Origin: a virus
Taxonomy: Duplodnaviria > Caudoviricetes
Length of the DNA stretch: 64,000 nt
Virus record (IMG/VR): IMGVR_UViG_2974766419_000001
Coordinates: 1 to 64,000 of that record
Strand: one strand, 5' to 3'
Shown: positions 7,584 to 15,904 of the stretch, piece by piece
How the letters are laid out: each line of letters begins with the position of its first letter
Position numbering within the stretch: position 1 is the stretch's first letter
Program-made: the position numbers and the translations under genes
Notes under the pieces: generated by a model
The model's database searches: none
The model's input: the letters and a program-made list of their open reading frames with translations, nothing else
Told to the model about the DNA's origin: nothing

Positions 7584-7887
7584 CGAGTCGAATTCCCAGG
7601 TAGAGGTGAAGTCGAAGAAGGTCACCTTCGACACTTCTCTGCCCCGGGGGACGTGTGCCACCTTCATGCACGAGGGTGAGCGTTGGATCGCCTACCCCCA
7701 GAGCAAGGTCTCTGGTGTGTCTGTGGCGATGGAACACATGCTGGCAACCGTCGAGCGCATTCGTGATGACGCGGTGCGCTGGATGAACGCGCATCCCGAG
7801 AGTGCCATTCAGGCTGCGCGTGTTGTCGAACGAACCAACCGACTGGACGAACTGGCAGCAGAGAAGGTCAAGGCATGGACGGCATGA
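7576..7887 (+). CDS. Hypothetical protein (~103 aa)
   Basis: ORF track frame; GTG start overlapping upstream stop. Confidence 0.65.
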   Translation: MADESNSQVEVKSKKVTFDTSLPRGTCATFMHEGERWIAYPQSKVSGVSVAMEHMLATVERIRDDAVRWMNAHPESAIQAARVVERTNRLDELAAEKVKAWTA

Positions 7888-8111
7888 GAGGCCCCACCGC
7901 GGGCGAGATAGTGCAGTGGGGTGCGGCAGCTGACGCGGGGCTGGACGTGTTCATCGCCGCGCAGCGCGAGGTGCCCAACAACTTCAAGGATCTGGTCGAG
8001 GTGCTGATGCGCCACAATCTCGATGGCGAGGGTCGCCGCCGAGATTTCTTCCTGGCCATCACGCTGGCGACGGCGATCATCCGGCTGGCCACAACCGAGG
8101 GAGTGAAGTGA
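7884..8111 (+). CDS. Hypothetical protein (~75 aa)
   Basis: ATGA overlap. Confidence 0.65.
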   Translation: MRGPTAGEIVQWGAAADAGLDVFIAAQREVPNNFKDLVEVLMRHNLDGEGRRRDFFLAITLATAIIRLATTEGVK

Positions 8112-8338
8112 AGATCATCAAGGGGTTCAAGGTCGGGCGCCGCAAGACGGTGGAGCCGAAGGATGTCATCCAGTCGGAGCTGGACAAGGCGTATGCGCTG
8201 CATCCGGCGCATCTGATGGCCGGGTCGGTGGTCAACGCGCTGGCCGAGGCCGGGTTCCGCATCATCTCCGAGGATGAACTCTCCGCTGAGATTGCCGCCG
8301 CGCACGAGGCTGGGTTTGAGGAGGGCTCCATCCTGTGA
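8108..8338 (+). CDS. Hypothetical protein (76 aa)
   Basis: GTGA overlap, GGAG SD. Confidence 0.65.
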   Translation: MKIIKGFKVGRRKTVEPKDVIQSELDKAYALHPAHLMAGSVVNALAEAGFRIISEDELSAEIAAAHEAGFEEGSIL

Positions 8339-10698
8339 TGCCCGACGACAACAGCGTCGGCTACGGCGACGCTGCCCAGGTCTACTGGGACAAAGGGTGG
8401 CGGGGCGTTCTGCCCCTGAAGCGGGAAACGAAGTGGCCCCCGCCGAGTGGGTTCACCGGCTACGACGGCGCGGTGCCGTCCTACCCCGACATCCTGCAGT
8501 GGTCCGAGCTGTACCCCGACGGTAACCTGTGCCTGCGGCTGCCCGACGGCGTGGTCGGCATCGACGTCGACGCGTACGGCGCGAAGACGGGCGCGGCAGC
8601 GCTGGCCGAGGCTGAGCGCCGGTGGGGTCCGCTACCGGATGGGCCGCAGTCGACCAGCCGGCTCGATGATCCGGTGTCGGGCCTGCGCTTGTTTCGGGTG
8701 CCGCCCGGCACGCTGCTGGAAACGATCATCGTGTTCCGTGAGCTGTCCATCGGCGACATCGAGGTCATCCAGCCGCACCATCGGTACGCGGTGTGCTGGC
8801 CGTCGATTCACCCCGAGGGCCGCGCGTACTGGTGGCGCAACTCGCAGGGCCAGACCATCGGCATCCCCGAGCTCGACGACATACCGGAGCTGCCGCCGTC
8901 GTGGCTTGAGGGCTTGAAGCTCACGCCGCGGTCGCTGGACCTCAGCATGGAGGGGTTCGATGTGCGGCAGGCGGTCACCGTGGGTGACCCGTCGCCGCTG
9001 GTGTCGGCCCGTCTGACGATGGCGATCAAGGAGCTGAATCTGCCGGGCACGTCCCGGCACGACACCTGCCTGCGGCATGTGCTGGCGATCCTGCGGATGG
9101 GCGCCGAGGGTCAGCCGGGTGTGGAGCAGGCGTTGACGCTGCTGCGCGAGGTGTTCGTCGCGGTCGTCACCCTGGACGGGTCGCGCACCCGCGACGTTGC
9201 GGTCACCGAGTTCAACCGCATGGTGACCAACAACAACGTTGCGCGCGAGCTGTCGCAGCCGGGCATCGTGGACTGGTTCAAGCAGATCATGGGGGGTGTT
9301 CAGATTCCGAACACCCCCGACGACGATGGGGGCGACCCCGACGCCAAGGAGGCCAGCGCGGATTGGGCCAGCGCCGGGGCCGCCGAAACCCCGCGTGATG
9401 CGTCAACAGCTGCAGGGCCACCCGAGCCTAACAGCGGCGGCGAGCTTGAGGCATTGGAGCAGGACTTCTGGACGGCGCGGCCGCAGCACGAGCTGATCTT
9501 CAACGCGGCGCTGAGCCGGATGGCGTCGCCGTGGGCGGTGTTCGCTTGCGTTGTCGCCCGCGCGTTGTCGCTGGTGCCGCCGAGCATCACGCTGCCCGCG
9601 ATTGTCGGCGGCGTCGGGTCGCTCAACTGGTTCGCGGTGATCGCGGCGAAGTCGGGCGGCGGCAAGGGTGCGGCGATGGCCACGGCGCGCGACCTGATCC
9701 CCAACGACGTGTTCTCCTGCCCTATCGGTTCGGGCGAGGGCATGGTGGAGTGCTACAACCGGGCCACCCCGAAGGGCGACGCCACCCCTGATCCGGTCAT
9801 CTCGGTGATGTTCGAGGTGGAGGAAATCGACACGCTGGGCGCGGTGACCGGCCGTGCCGGGCAGACCACCATGACGGTGTTGCGGCACGGGTTCTCCGGT
9901 GAGCGGCTGGGGTTCGCCTACCGCGGCCGCCGCGGCGAGGTGGTCCCGGCGCACACCTACCGCATGACGCTGATCGCGTCGGTGCAGCCGTCACGGGCCG
10001 GCACACTGCTGGACGACTCGGGCGGCGGCACCCCGCAGCGGTTCATGTGGTTCCCGGGCCGTGACAAACGGATCACCGAGGATGTGCCGGGCTGGCCGAC
10101 CGACGCCGTGGGCGAGATGCTCACCCTGTCGCCGATGCTCACGCCGAGCTGGGTGCTGGCCAACAACTTGGGGCCGTGCGTGGTGCCCGAGGAGGCGGTC
10201 ACCGAGATTCGCCGGGCGCGGGTGCAGTCGATGAGCGGCGACGAGAACGCGCTCGACGGGCACGCCCTGTTCTGCCGGGAGAAGCTGGCGTACGCGTTGG
10301 CGTTCCTCGATGGCCGGGTCGAGGTCAACTCGGAGGACTGGCGGCTGGCCGGTCTGGCCGCCGGGGTGTCGGATTGGATGCGGGAGAAGTCCATCGAGGC
10401 CTATCAGTCCTCGAAGGTCGATGAGTACCGCGAGCGGGGCCAGCTCAAGGGCATCGAGGCGGCGTCGGCTGAGATGGGCAAGGCGCAGGAGCAGACCGAC
10501 CGTGCGCAGCGCGTCGCCAACAGTGTGCTCGACAAGATCCGCAAGGCTGGGCCGGAGGGCATTAGCAATCGGGAGCTGACACAGCGGGTGGCCTATCGGG
10601 ACCGCGGCATGTTGCCGGGTGTGCTGGAGTGGGCGGTCGGTCAGGGCATGATCGCGCAGATATCGGGAACGACGAATTGGGTGGTGACGGATGCTTAG
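8338..10698 (+). CDS. Bifunctional DNA primase/polymerase fused to a P-loop helicase-like domain and C-terminal wHTH
   Basis: GWRGVLPL...NLCLRL...GIDVD Prim-Pol N-terminus; AAKSGGGKG Walker A-like; EVEEID Walker B-like; QRF motif. Confidence 0.85.
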   Translation: MPDDNSVGYGDAAQVYWDKGWRGVLPLKRETKWPPPSGFTGYDGAVPSYPDILQWSELYPDGNLCLRLPDGVVGIDVDAYGAKTGAAALAEAERRWGPLPDGPQSTSRLDDPVSGLRLFRVPPGTLLETIIVFRELSIGDIEVIQPHHRYAVCWPSIHPEGRAYWWRNSQGQTIGIPELDDIPELPPSWLEGLKLTPRSLDLSMEGFDVRQAVTVGDPSPLVSARLTMAIKELNLPGTSRHDTCLRHVLAILRMGAEGQPGVEQALTLLREVFVAVVTLDGSRTRDVAVTEFNRMVTNNNVARELSQPGIVDWFKQIMGGVQIPNTPDDDGGDPDAKEASADWASAGAAETPRDASTAAGPPEPNSGGELEALEQDFWTARPQHELIFNAALSRMASPWAVFACVVARALSLVPPSITLPAIVGGVGSLNWFAVIAAKSGGGKGAAMATARDLIPNDVFSCPIGSGEGMVECYNRATPKGDATPDPVISVMFEVEEIDTLGAVTGRAGQTTMTVLRHGFSGERLGFAYRGRRGEVVPAHTYRMTLIASVQPSRAGTLLDDSGGGTPQRFMWFPGRDKRITEDVPGWPTDAVGEMLTLSPMLTPSWVLANNLGPCVVPEEAVTEIRRARVQSMSGDENALDGHALFCREKLAYALAFLDGRVEVNSEDWRLAGLAAGVSDWMREKSIEAYQSSKVDEYRERGQLKGIEAASAEMGKAQEQTDRAQRVANSVLDKIRKAGPEGISNRELTQRVAYRDRGMLPGVLEWAVGQGMIAQISGTTNWVVTDA

Positions 10699-10903
10699 GC
10701 GGATCACGACGTGCATCGTCACGACGTGCCACAGTTCCATCTTCGGGACGACGTATCAGCCCATCGAGTTCGAGGGTGAGGGGCTGGATCGTCGCGTCGT
10801 GTGGCGGGGCGCGCACTACCAGTCGGAGCCGCGCGCACGGGAGGCTGCCATGGAGCATTGGCAGCGCGTGCGCGGAGTGTTCAGGCCAGGAGTGAAGAAG
10901 TGA
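10691..10903 (+). CDS. Hypothetical protein (70 aa)
   Basis: ORF track; overlaps both neighbours. Confidence 0.55.
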   Translation: MLRRITTCIVTTCHSSIFGTTYQPIEFEGEGLDRRVVWRGAHYQSEPRAREAAMEHWQRVRGVFRPGVKK

Positions 10904-11094
10904 GCCCAGAGCTACGTGCTGTACTCACAGAAGCCCTCGGCCGGTCGTACTACCGGATCGTTGGTAGCTCGTCGGATTGTCGAGTTGATCCGGGCGAGAT
11001 CCTTGCTGACGCCATCCTGTCTCTTCCGGGTGTGGCGGTAATCCAACTACCCAAACCCGACGAGCGTGTTGCTTATCAGGGGTTGATTCGATGA
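10900..11094 (+). pseudogene. Hypothetical gene apparently truncated by the MPME insertion
   Basis: LSLPGVAVIQLPKPD then AYQGLIR*, the last codons coming from the TTATCAGGGGT repeat. Confidence 0.5.
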
Positions 11095-11438
11095 TCGTCG
11101 CCGTTTCTCCAGGTAGGCAGCCGATCTGACAGCGCACACATGTTTCCGATTACCGACACTCGTAGGGAGATGACGACTATGCCGACCACAGAGCATGGAT
11201 CAGACGTCCAGCACTTGAGCCCTGAACACCGCGATCGTGCTTGGCGCGATAGGTTCAACGCCCGGTGGCACTATGACTACGGCGGGTGGATTCGTACCAG
11301 GCCGCAGGATGAGGCGTCGACCTTCGCTTTGATCCCAACCAAACACTACGGACCGTTCACTGAGGATCACTCGTGTCCTGCCTGCCTGGTGGTACACCCA
11401 CCTGAGGATTGCCCCGTCCTAAGTGGAAACACCGACAT
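11073..11438 (+). mobile_element. Truncated mycobacteriophage mobile element (MPME1-like)
   Basis: Left IR TTATCAGGGGT at 11073-11083 matches the MPME consensus TTATC[A/T]GGGGT as I recall it; lower GC; ORF matches the MPME1 protein from memory up to ...GNTD; no clean right IR. Confidence 0.75.
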
Positions 11439-11514
11439 CTTCGGTACCACAAGTTCCGGCCCAACCATCTTCGACAGCTTCGATTCAGGGCCAGGAGGAG
11501 TGTTCAGGCCCTGA
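11140..11514 (+). CDS. MPME-encoded protein with a replaced C-terminus
   Basis: MFPITDTRREMTTMPTTEHGSDVQHLSPEHRDRAWRDRFNARW...; start could be 11170 or 11179. Confidence 0.7.
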   Translation: MFPITDTRREMTTMPTTEHGSDVQHLSPEHRDRAWRDRFNARWHYDYGGWIRTRPQDEASTFALIPTKHYGPFTEDHSCPACLVVHPPEDCPVLSGNTDIFGTTSSGPTIFDSFDSGPGGVFRP

Positions 11515-11814
11515 CTATGAGGCGGTGGTGACCACTCGCCGGAGGCTGGCGCGAATCGAGCGCCGGGTTTCGGCGGTGGCCGCCGCTGTGCCTTTCCACG
11601 GGATCCACACCCCGGCGTAGAAACCGCCGGTCACCCCTTTGAGTGCGTGCATGGCGCACCGGGTGAGCACAGGGCATTCGGCGCAGACGGCGCTCATGCG
11701 TCGGCGCTGCGCTGCGCTGGGCATCGTGTCGGCTGTCCACGGCAGGTCGCGGCGAGCCGCGCAGGCCGCACCATGCCACTCGTTTGTCGCGGGCACACAC
11801 GCAGCGTAGAACAT
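11515..11814 (-). CDS. WhiB-like Fe-S transcription factor (divergent)
   Basis: Four-Cys pattern AC...CAECPVLTRC followed by GFYAGV turn and basic tail. Confidence 0.7.
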   Translation of the reverse strand: MFYAACVPATNEWHGAACAARRDLPWTADTMPSAAQRRRMSAVCAECPVLTRCAMHALKGVTGGFYAGVWIPWKGTAAATAETRRSIRASLRRVVTTAS

Positions 11815-11821
11815 AGGGTCG

Positions 11822-11851
11822 TTGACTTTATGTATGACGCGACACTAATTT
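11822..11851 (+). promoter_or_regulatory. SigA-like rightward promoter (TTGACT-18-TAATTT)
   Basis: -35 at 11822-11827, -10 at 11846-11851; ATG at 11859. Confidence 0.5.
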
Positions 11852-11858
11852 CGATGGA

Positions 11859-12293
11859 ATGGCGAACAAAAAAATCGCTGACCTCATCGCAAATGGACTG
11901 CGGCAGGGTCTGGTGCATCCCGGCAAGGACGGCGGGCCGCCCACCCCAGTGGTGATCCCGATGTTCCGCACCGAGGGGATGCCCAATGAGATGGCCGAGT
12001 TGGTGGGCGCGACCGCCGACCTGCTCGGCGAGGCGATTGTCGAGCTCATCGAGACCGAGGGTGACAGCCAGATCGTTTCCAACACCGAGGTCATCGCCAA
12101 CCGTGTTGCCAACGACGACGACGCAGCGCGGCGTCAGGTCACGGTGCACTGCCAGTGCGACGTTCGCCGCACCAACCCGCTGGCCGTGCTCACTGTCACC
12201 CGCAGCCCGTATGTGGTGGTCGACGGCAAGCAGCTGATCGACGGCCTGGCCAAGCGCACCGCCGAGTGCCCTCACGGATGGAAGACGTCATGA
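11859..12293 (+). CDS. Hypothetical protein (144 aa)
   Basis: ORF track; coding-like codon bias. Confidence 0.75.
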   Translation: MANKKIADLIANGLRQGLVHPGKDGGPPTPVVIPMFRTEGMPNEMAELVGATADLLGEAIVELIETEGDSQIVSNTEVIANRVANDDDAARRQVTVHCQCDVRRTNPLAVLTVTRSPYVVVDGKQLIDGLAKRTAECPHGWKTS

Positions 12294-12526
12294 GTCACCT
12301 ACACCTGATTGTTGACCGCGAGACAGCGTTCGAGGGCAACCTCAACCTGTGGCAGGCCACGCCGCCGGACTACTTCAAGGACAAGCTGCGCGAAGACGTC
12401 AACCCTGAGCAGTGGCTCAAGTGCGTGATGATCGTGATGGCCGAAGCCGCCGCGACCGGGGAGAATGTGAAGATCATTGTCACGACCGGCCGGGACTGGC
12501 AGATGGAGGTGAGGCGCTATGAGTAG
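12290..12526 (+). CDS. Hypothetical protein (78 aa)
   Basis: ATGA overlap. Confidence 0.7.
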   Translation: MSHLHLIVDRETAFEGNLNLWQATPPDYFKDKLREDVNPEQWLKCVMIVMAEAAATGENVKIIVTTGRDWQMEVRRYE

Positions 12527-12791
12527 CGGCATCCGTACGGCGACCGTGTACCGCACCGAGGCTCGCGCGCTCAAGCCCGAGGTCGACGCGCGAAACTACG
12601 GCGAGCCGGATCAGCCGCAGTTCCTGATCGCCGCCTTCCCCGACGGGAAGGTGGCGCAGCGCTGGCTGATCGGCAGCGGTTCCTGTGTATGGTGGGACGA
12701 TCTGGCGCACCTGTACTCGGTGCACATCTACCCTCATCCCGACTACGGCACCGAGGTGCACTGGGATGACGGGCATGTGGAGCGGCTGTGA
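12519..12791 (+). CDS. Hypothetical protein (90 aa)
   Basis: GAGG SD; overlap. Confidence 0.75.
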   Translation: MSSGIRTATVYRTEARALKPEVDARNYGEPDQPQFLIAAFPDGKVAQRWLIGSGSCVWWDDLAHLYSVHIYPHPDYGTEVHWDDGHVERL

Positions 12792-13141
12792 CCGCCCGCC
12801 GCCGAGCGCCCGGTCAGCTGACCAGTCGACGTTGGCGCGCGCTGAAGGATCGGGTGGTGCGCGAGGAGCCGCTGTGCACGCTGCGCCTGGAGTGCTGCAC
12901 CGTGCGGTCCACCACCGCCGACCACATCATCCCGGTGAAGTATCGGCCGGACCTGAAGTATGTTCGGGCCAACCTGCGCGGCGCGTGCCAGCCGTGCAAT
13001 ATGCGCCGCGGCACGCGGCCGCTGTCGGAGGTGCGGGCCGCAGAGAAGTTCGCCCGCAAGCCTGAGCCGCCGAAGCCGGTGCACGCGCTGAGCTTCTTCG
13101 ACACCAACCCACGGATGAGAAACCTGGACTTCGAGACATGA
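12788..13141 (+). CDS. HNH endonuclease (terminase-associated type)
   Basis: PLC...C...TTADHIIP...NLRGACQPCNMRRG; sits just upstream of terminase genes. Confidence 0.88.
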   Translation: MTARRRAPGQLTSRRWRALKDRVVREEPLCTLRLECCTVRSTTADHIIPVKYRPDLKYVRANLRGACQPCNMRRGTRPLSEVRAAEKFARKPEPPKPVHALSFFDTNPRMRNLDFET

Positions 13142-13632
13142 ACGAAGACGACAAGCCCACGCCCATGCAGCGCACCCAAGAGCTACTGAAGGAGCTGCTG
13201 GGGAGTATGAACACCCTGTTGCCGCCGCAGCTCTCGCCGCCCAATCCGCTGTTGCCCCCGCCGAGCGGGGCCGAAGCCGAGGAGCAGGTGGTCAACTTCC
13301 AGGGTGAGGTCGTCAGGAGCGATCCTCTCGCTTTCGGCAGCGACCCGATCCCCATGACCGGCGTGGGCCTTGCCCGTGGCCAGATGATCGGCTACGGCGG
13401 CGTGCCGATGGCCGCGTGGGCTGACGCCAATCCCAGCTTCCCCGGCCCCTACACGATAGAGGGGATGACGCGCGCCCGGGATGAGATGATGCGCGCCGAT
13501 GAGATGATGCGTGCATGGCTCACCAGGACGAGGACCGCCGTCGATAGCCCTCCCTTCAACATCGTGGGAGGCCGTCGTACCGAACCCGAACCGGAGCAGC
13601 CCAAGGGCCGGTTCCAGAACCTGGATTGGTGA
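13138..13632 (+). CDS. Hypothetical Pro-rich protein (164 aa)
   Basis: ATGA overlap; ends GRFQNLDW*. Confidence 0.7.
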   Translation: MNEDDKPTPMQRTQELLKELLGSMNTLLPPQLSPPNPLLPPPSGAEAEEQVVNFQGEVVRSDPLAFGSDPIPMTGVGLARGQMIGYGGVPMAAWADANPSFPGPYTIEGMTRARDEMMRADEMMRAWLTRTRTAVDSPPFNIVGGRRTEPEPEQPKGRFQNLDW

Positions 13633-13633
13633 C

Positions 13634-13933
13634 ATGACTGACGTGAATGAGGGTGTTCGGAATCCGAACACTCCTGATGGCGAAGAGTCCACCGGCGTTG
13701 CCGCCGCTGCAGAGTCTGGCGACGAGCTGCAGCTGCTGTACGCCATCCGCAACAAGCTCGCCTCGGCCATCGAGGACTGTCCAGTGCGCGACCTGTCGCC
13801 GCTGACCCGACGACTCCAGGACACCGTGAAGGAGATTCGGGAGCTGGAGGAACGCCGAGCCAAGGAACGGAGCAGCAAGGAGGCCAGCAGTGGTGGAGCC
13901 AGCGACAAGTGGGACCCTTCCGCAGAGCTCTGA
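13634..13933 (+). CDS. Terminase small subunit (putative)
   Basis: Position; helical L..IRNKLA.AI..CP.RDL..L.RRL pattern typical of actinophage TerS. Confidence 0.65.
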   Translation: MTDVNEGVRNPNTPDGEESTGVAAAAESGDELQLLYAIRNKLASAIEDCPVRDLSPLTRRLQDTVKEIRELEERRAKERSSKEASSGGASDKWDPSAEL

Positions 13934-15404
13934 CGACGACGGCGACAGTCCGGTCCTCGACTTCAACAACCTGACCCCCGAGGACATCGAGCGCCGTCGC
14001 AACCGCAAGCTGTCCGAGGTCACCCGACGCCTAGTCATCCCTTCCAACATCGCCGGGTCGTACTGGCCGCGTGTGCGGCGCACCTGCAACGAGCGACTGG
14101 GCCTGTCACTGGACCGCTGGCAGGACGGCATCGCCGGGCTGCTGCTGGCGTACCGCCCCGACGGCGTGCTGGCCCACACCATCGGCGGGTTCGGCGTCAG
14201 CATCCCCCGCCAGTGCGGCAAGACCCACACCCTGACCGCGGTGCTGTTCGGGCTGTGCGTCGAGTACCCCGGCGTGCTGGCCATCTGGACGAGCCACCAC
14301 GTGAAGACCAACACCGAGACATTCCAGGCGGTGCAGGCGTACGCCAAGCGCGAGCGGGTCGCGCCGTTCATCCGCAAGGTCACCCTCGGTTCCGGCGACG
14401 AGGCGGTCGAGTTCACCAACGGCAGCCGCATCCTGTTCGGCGCCCGCGAGCGCGGCTTCGGCCGAGGCATCCCAGGCGTCGACGTGCTGATGTCCGACGA
14501 GGCGCAGATTCTCACCCAACGCGCCATGCAGGACATGCTCGCCACCCTGAACACCTCGCGCCTGGGCCTGCACATCTACGTCGGCACCCCGCCCAAGCCC
14601 ACCGACAACTCCGAGATGTTCTCGGTGATGCGACGCGAAGCTGAGGCCGGCGAGGCCACCGACATCGTGTGGATCGAATGCGGTGCCGAGGACACCGGCG
14701 ACCTCGACGACATCGAGCAATGGATGAACGCCAACCCGTCGTGCCCGCACCGCACCCCCGTGGTGTCGATTCAACGCCTGAGACGACGCCTCGATGACGA
14801 CGGGTTCCGCCGCGAAGCGCTCGGCATCTGGGACGCCAGTGAGTCGTCCAGCTTCGACCTGGCCGCCTGGTCCGACCTGGGCGACCGTGGTGTTGACGCG
14901 CCGACGCGCGCCGCGCTGGTGCTCGACATGAGCCCCGACCGCCGCCACTGCTGGATCGGCGTCGCGGGCGACGTCGACACCGACGACGGCGAGAAGGTGC
15001 TGCTGATGGCGATGGAAACCACCGCGGCGACCGCCGTCGAGAAGGTGCGCCAGCTGGTCAATGAACGTGACATCGTTGACGTGGCTATCACCAACGGCGC
15101 GGCCCGCGCGCTGGAGCCGGCACTGGTCGAAGCGGCCATCGAGTACCAGCGGCTCAGCCAAGCCGACGTGGCCGCGGCGTACTCCACATTGCAGGAAGGC
15201 ATCAAGAACAAGTCGGTCTGCCATCTCGACCAGGCCGAGCTCAACAACGCGATGATGATGACCCGTACCCGGTTCATGACCTCCGGCGAATCGGAGGTGT
15301 TCGACCGCCGCAACTACAGCGTCAACCTGTCCCCCGCCGTGGCGTGCGCCTCTGCGCTGTTCAGGTGGGGGCTCATGGCGAAGCCCATGCCCATTCTGCT
15401 GTGA
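13890..15404 (+). CDS. Terminase large subunit
   Basis: PRQCGKT Walker A; VLMSDEAQ Walker B; GTPP coupling motif; C-terminal nuclease (LDMSP); start uncertain. Confidence 0.95.
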   Translation: MVEPATSGTLPQSSDDDGDSPVLDFNNLTPEDIERRRNRKLSEVTRRLVIPSNIAGSYWPRVRRTCNERLGLSLDRWQDGIAGLLLAYRPDGVLAHTIGGFGVSIPRQCGKTHTLTAVLFGLCVEYPGVLAIWTSHHVKTNTETFQAVQAYAKRERVAPFIRKVTLGSGDEAVEFTNGSRILFGARERGFGRGIPGVDVLMSDEAQILTQRAMQDMLATLNTSRLGLHIYVGTPPKPTDNSEMFSVMRREAEAGEATDIVWIECGAEDTGDLDDIEQWMNANPSCPHRTPVVSIQRLRRRLDDDGFRREALGIWDASESSSFDLAAWSDLGDRGVDAPTRAALVLDMSPDRRHCWIGVAGDVDTDDGEKVLLMAMETTAATAVEKVRQLVNERDIVDVAITNGAARALEPALVEAAIEYQRLSQADVAAAYSTLQEGIKNKSVCHLDQAELNNAMMMTRTRFMTSGESEVFDRRNYSVNLSPAVACASALFRWGLMAKPMPILL

Positions 15405-15421
15405 TGCCCTAAGTTGCAGTA

Positions 15422-15904
15422 GTGTGGGGCATCGTGAGCGATTGTATTCTGTGGCCCGCCTCTCATGTGAGAAAGAGCGGGTACGGATGGGTTATGTACC
15501 AGGGCAAAGTCACCTATCCGCATCGCATGGTGATGGGGTTCCCTAATGGACAGGTTGGGCACATCTGCCATGACGAGGCGGCATTACGCGGTGAGTGCGC
15601 TGGCGGTCCCGACTGTCTTCATCGGCGGTGCGTCAACCCAGAGCACCTGCGAGTCATGACGGCTGTCGAGAACTCGGAGGCTAGTCCGCACACACGGGTG
15701 GCACGGAAGTTCAACACCCACTGTGTTCATGGGCATGAGTTCACACCCGAGAACACAATCTGGGAGTCGAAGGGGAACGGCTACCGTGGCCGGAAATGTA
15801 GGGAATGCCACTATAAGCGGAATCGGGATGCTCATGCCCGGCGCAAGGCTAACGAGGGTGTTCAAGAAATGAGCAGCATAGAATCATCCACGGAGGTGGT
15901 CTGA
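15422..15904 (+). CDS. HNH-type (His-Cys) homing-endonuclease-like protein
   Basis: GYG...HR...VGHIC...HRRCVNPEHL; THCVHGHEFTPENT...CREC; lower GC; start may be 15434. Confidence 0.8.
   Translation: MWGIVSDCILWPASHVRKSGYGWVMYQGKVTYPHRMVMGFPNGQVGHICHDEAALRGECAGGPDCLHRRCVNPEHLRVMTAVENSEASPHTRVARKFNTHCVHGHEFTPENTIWESKGNGYRGRKCRECHYKRNRDAHARRKANEGVQEMSSIESSTEVV

Noticed and set aside
11507-11517. Possible right inverted repeat of the MPME element (GGCCCTGACTA)
   Set aside because: Only 7 of 11 positions match ACCCCTGATAA and the ORF has already diverged ~70 bp earlier.
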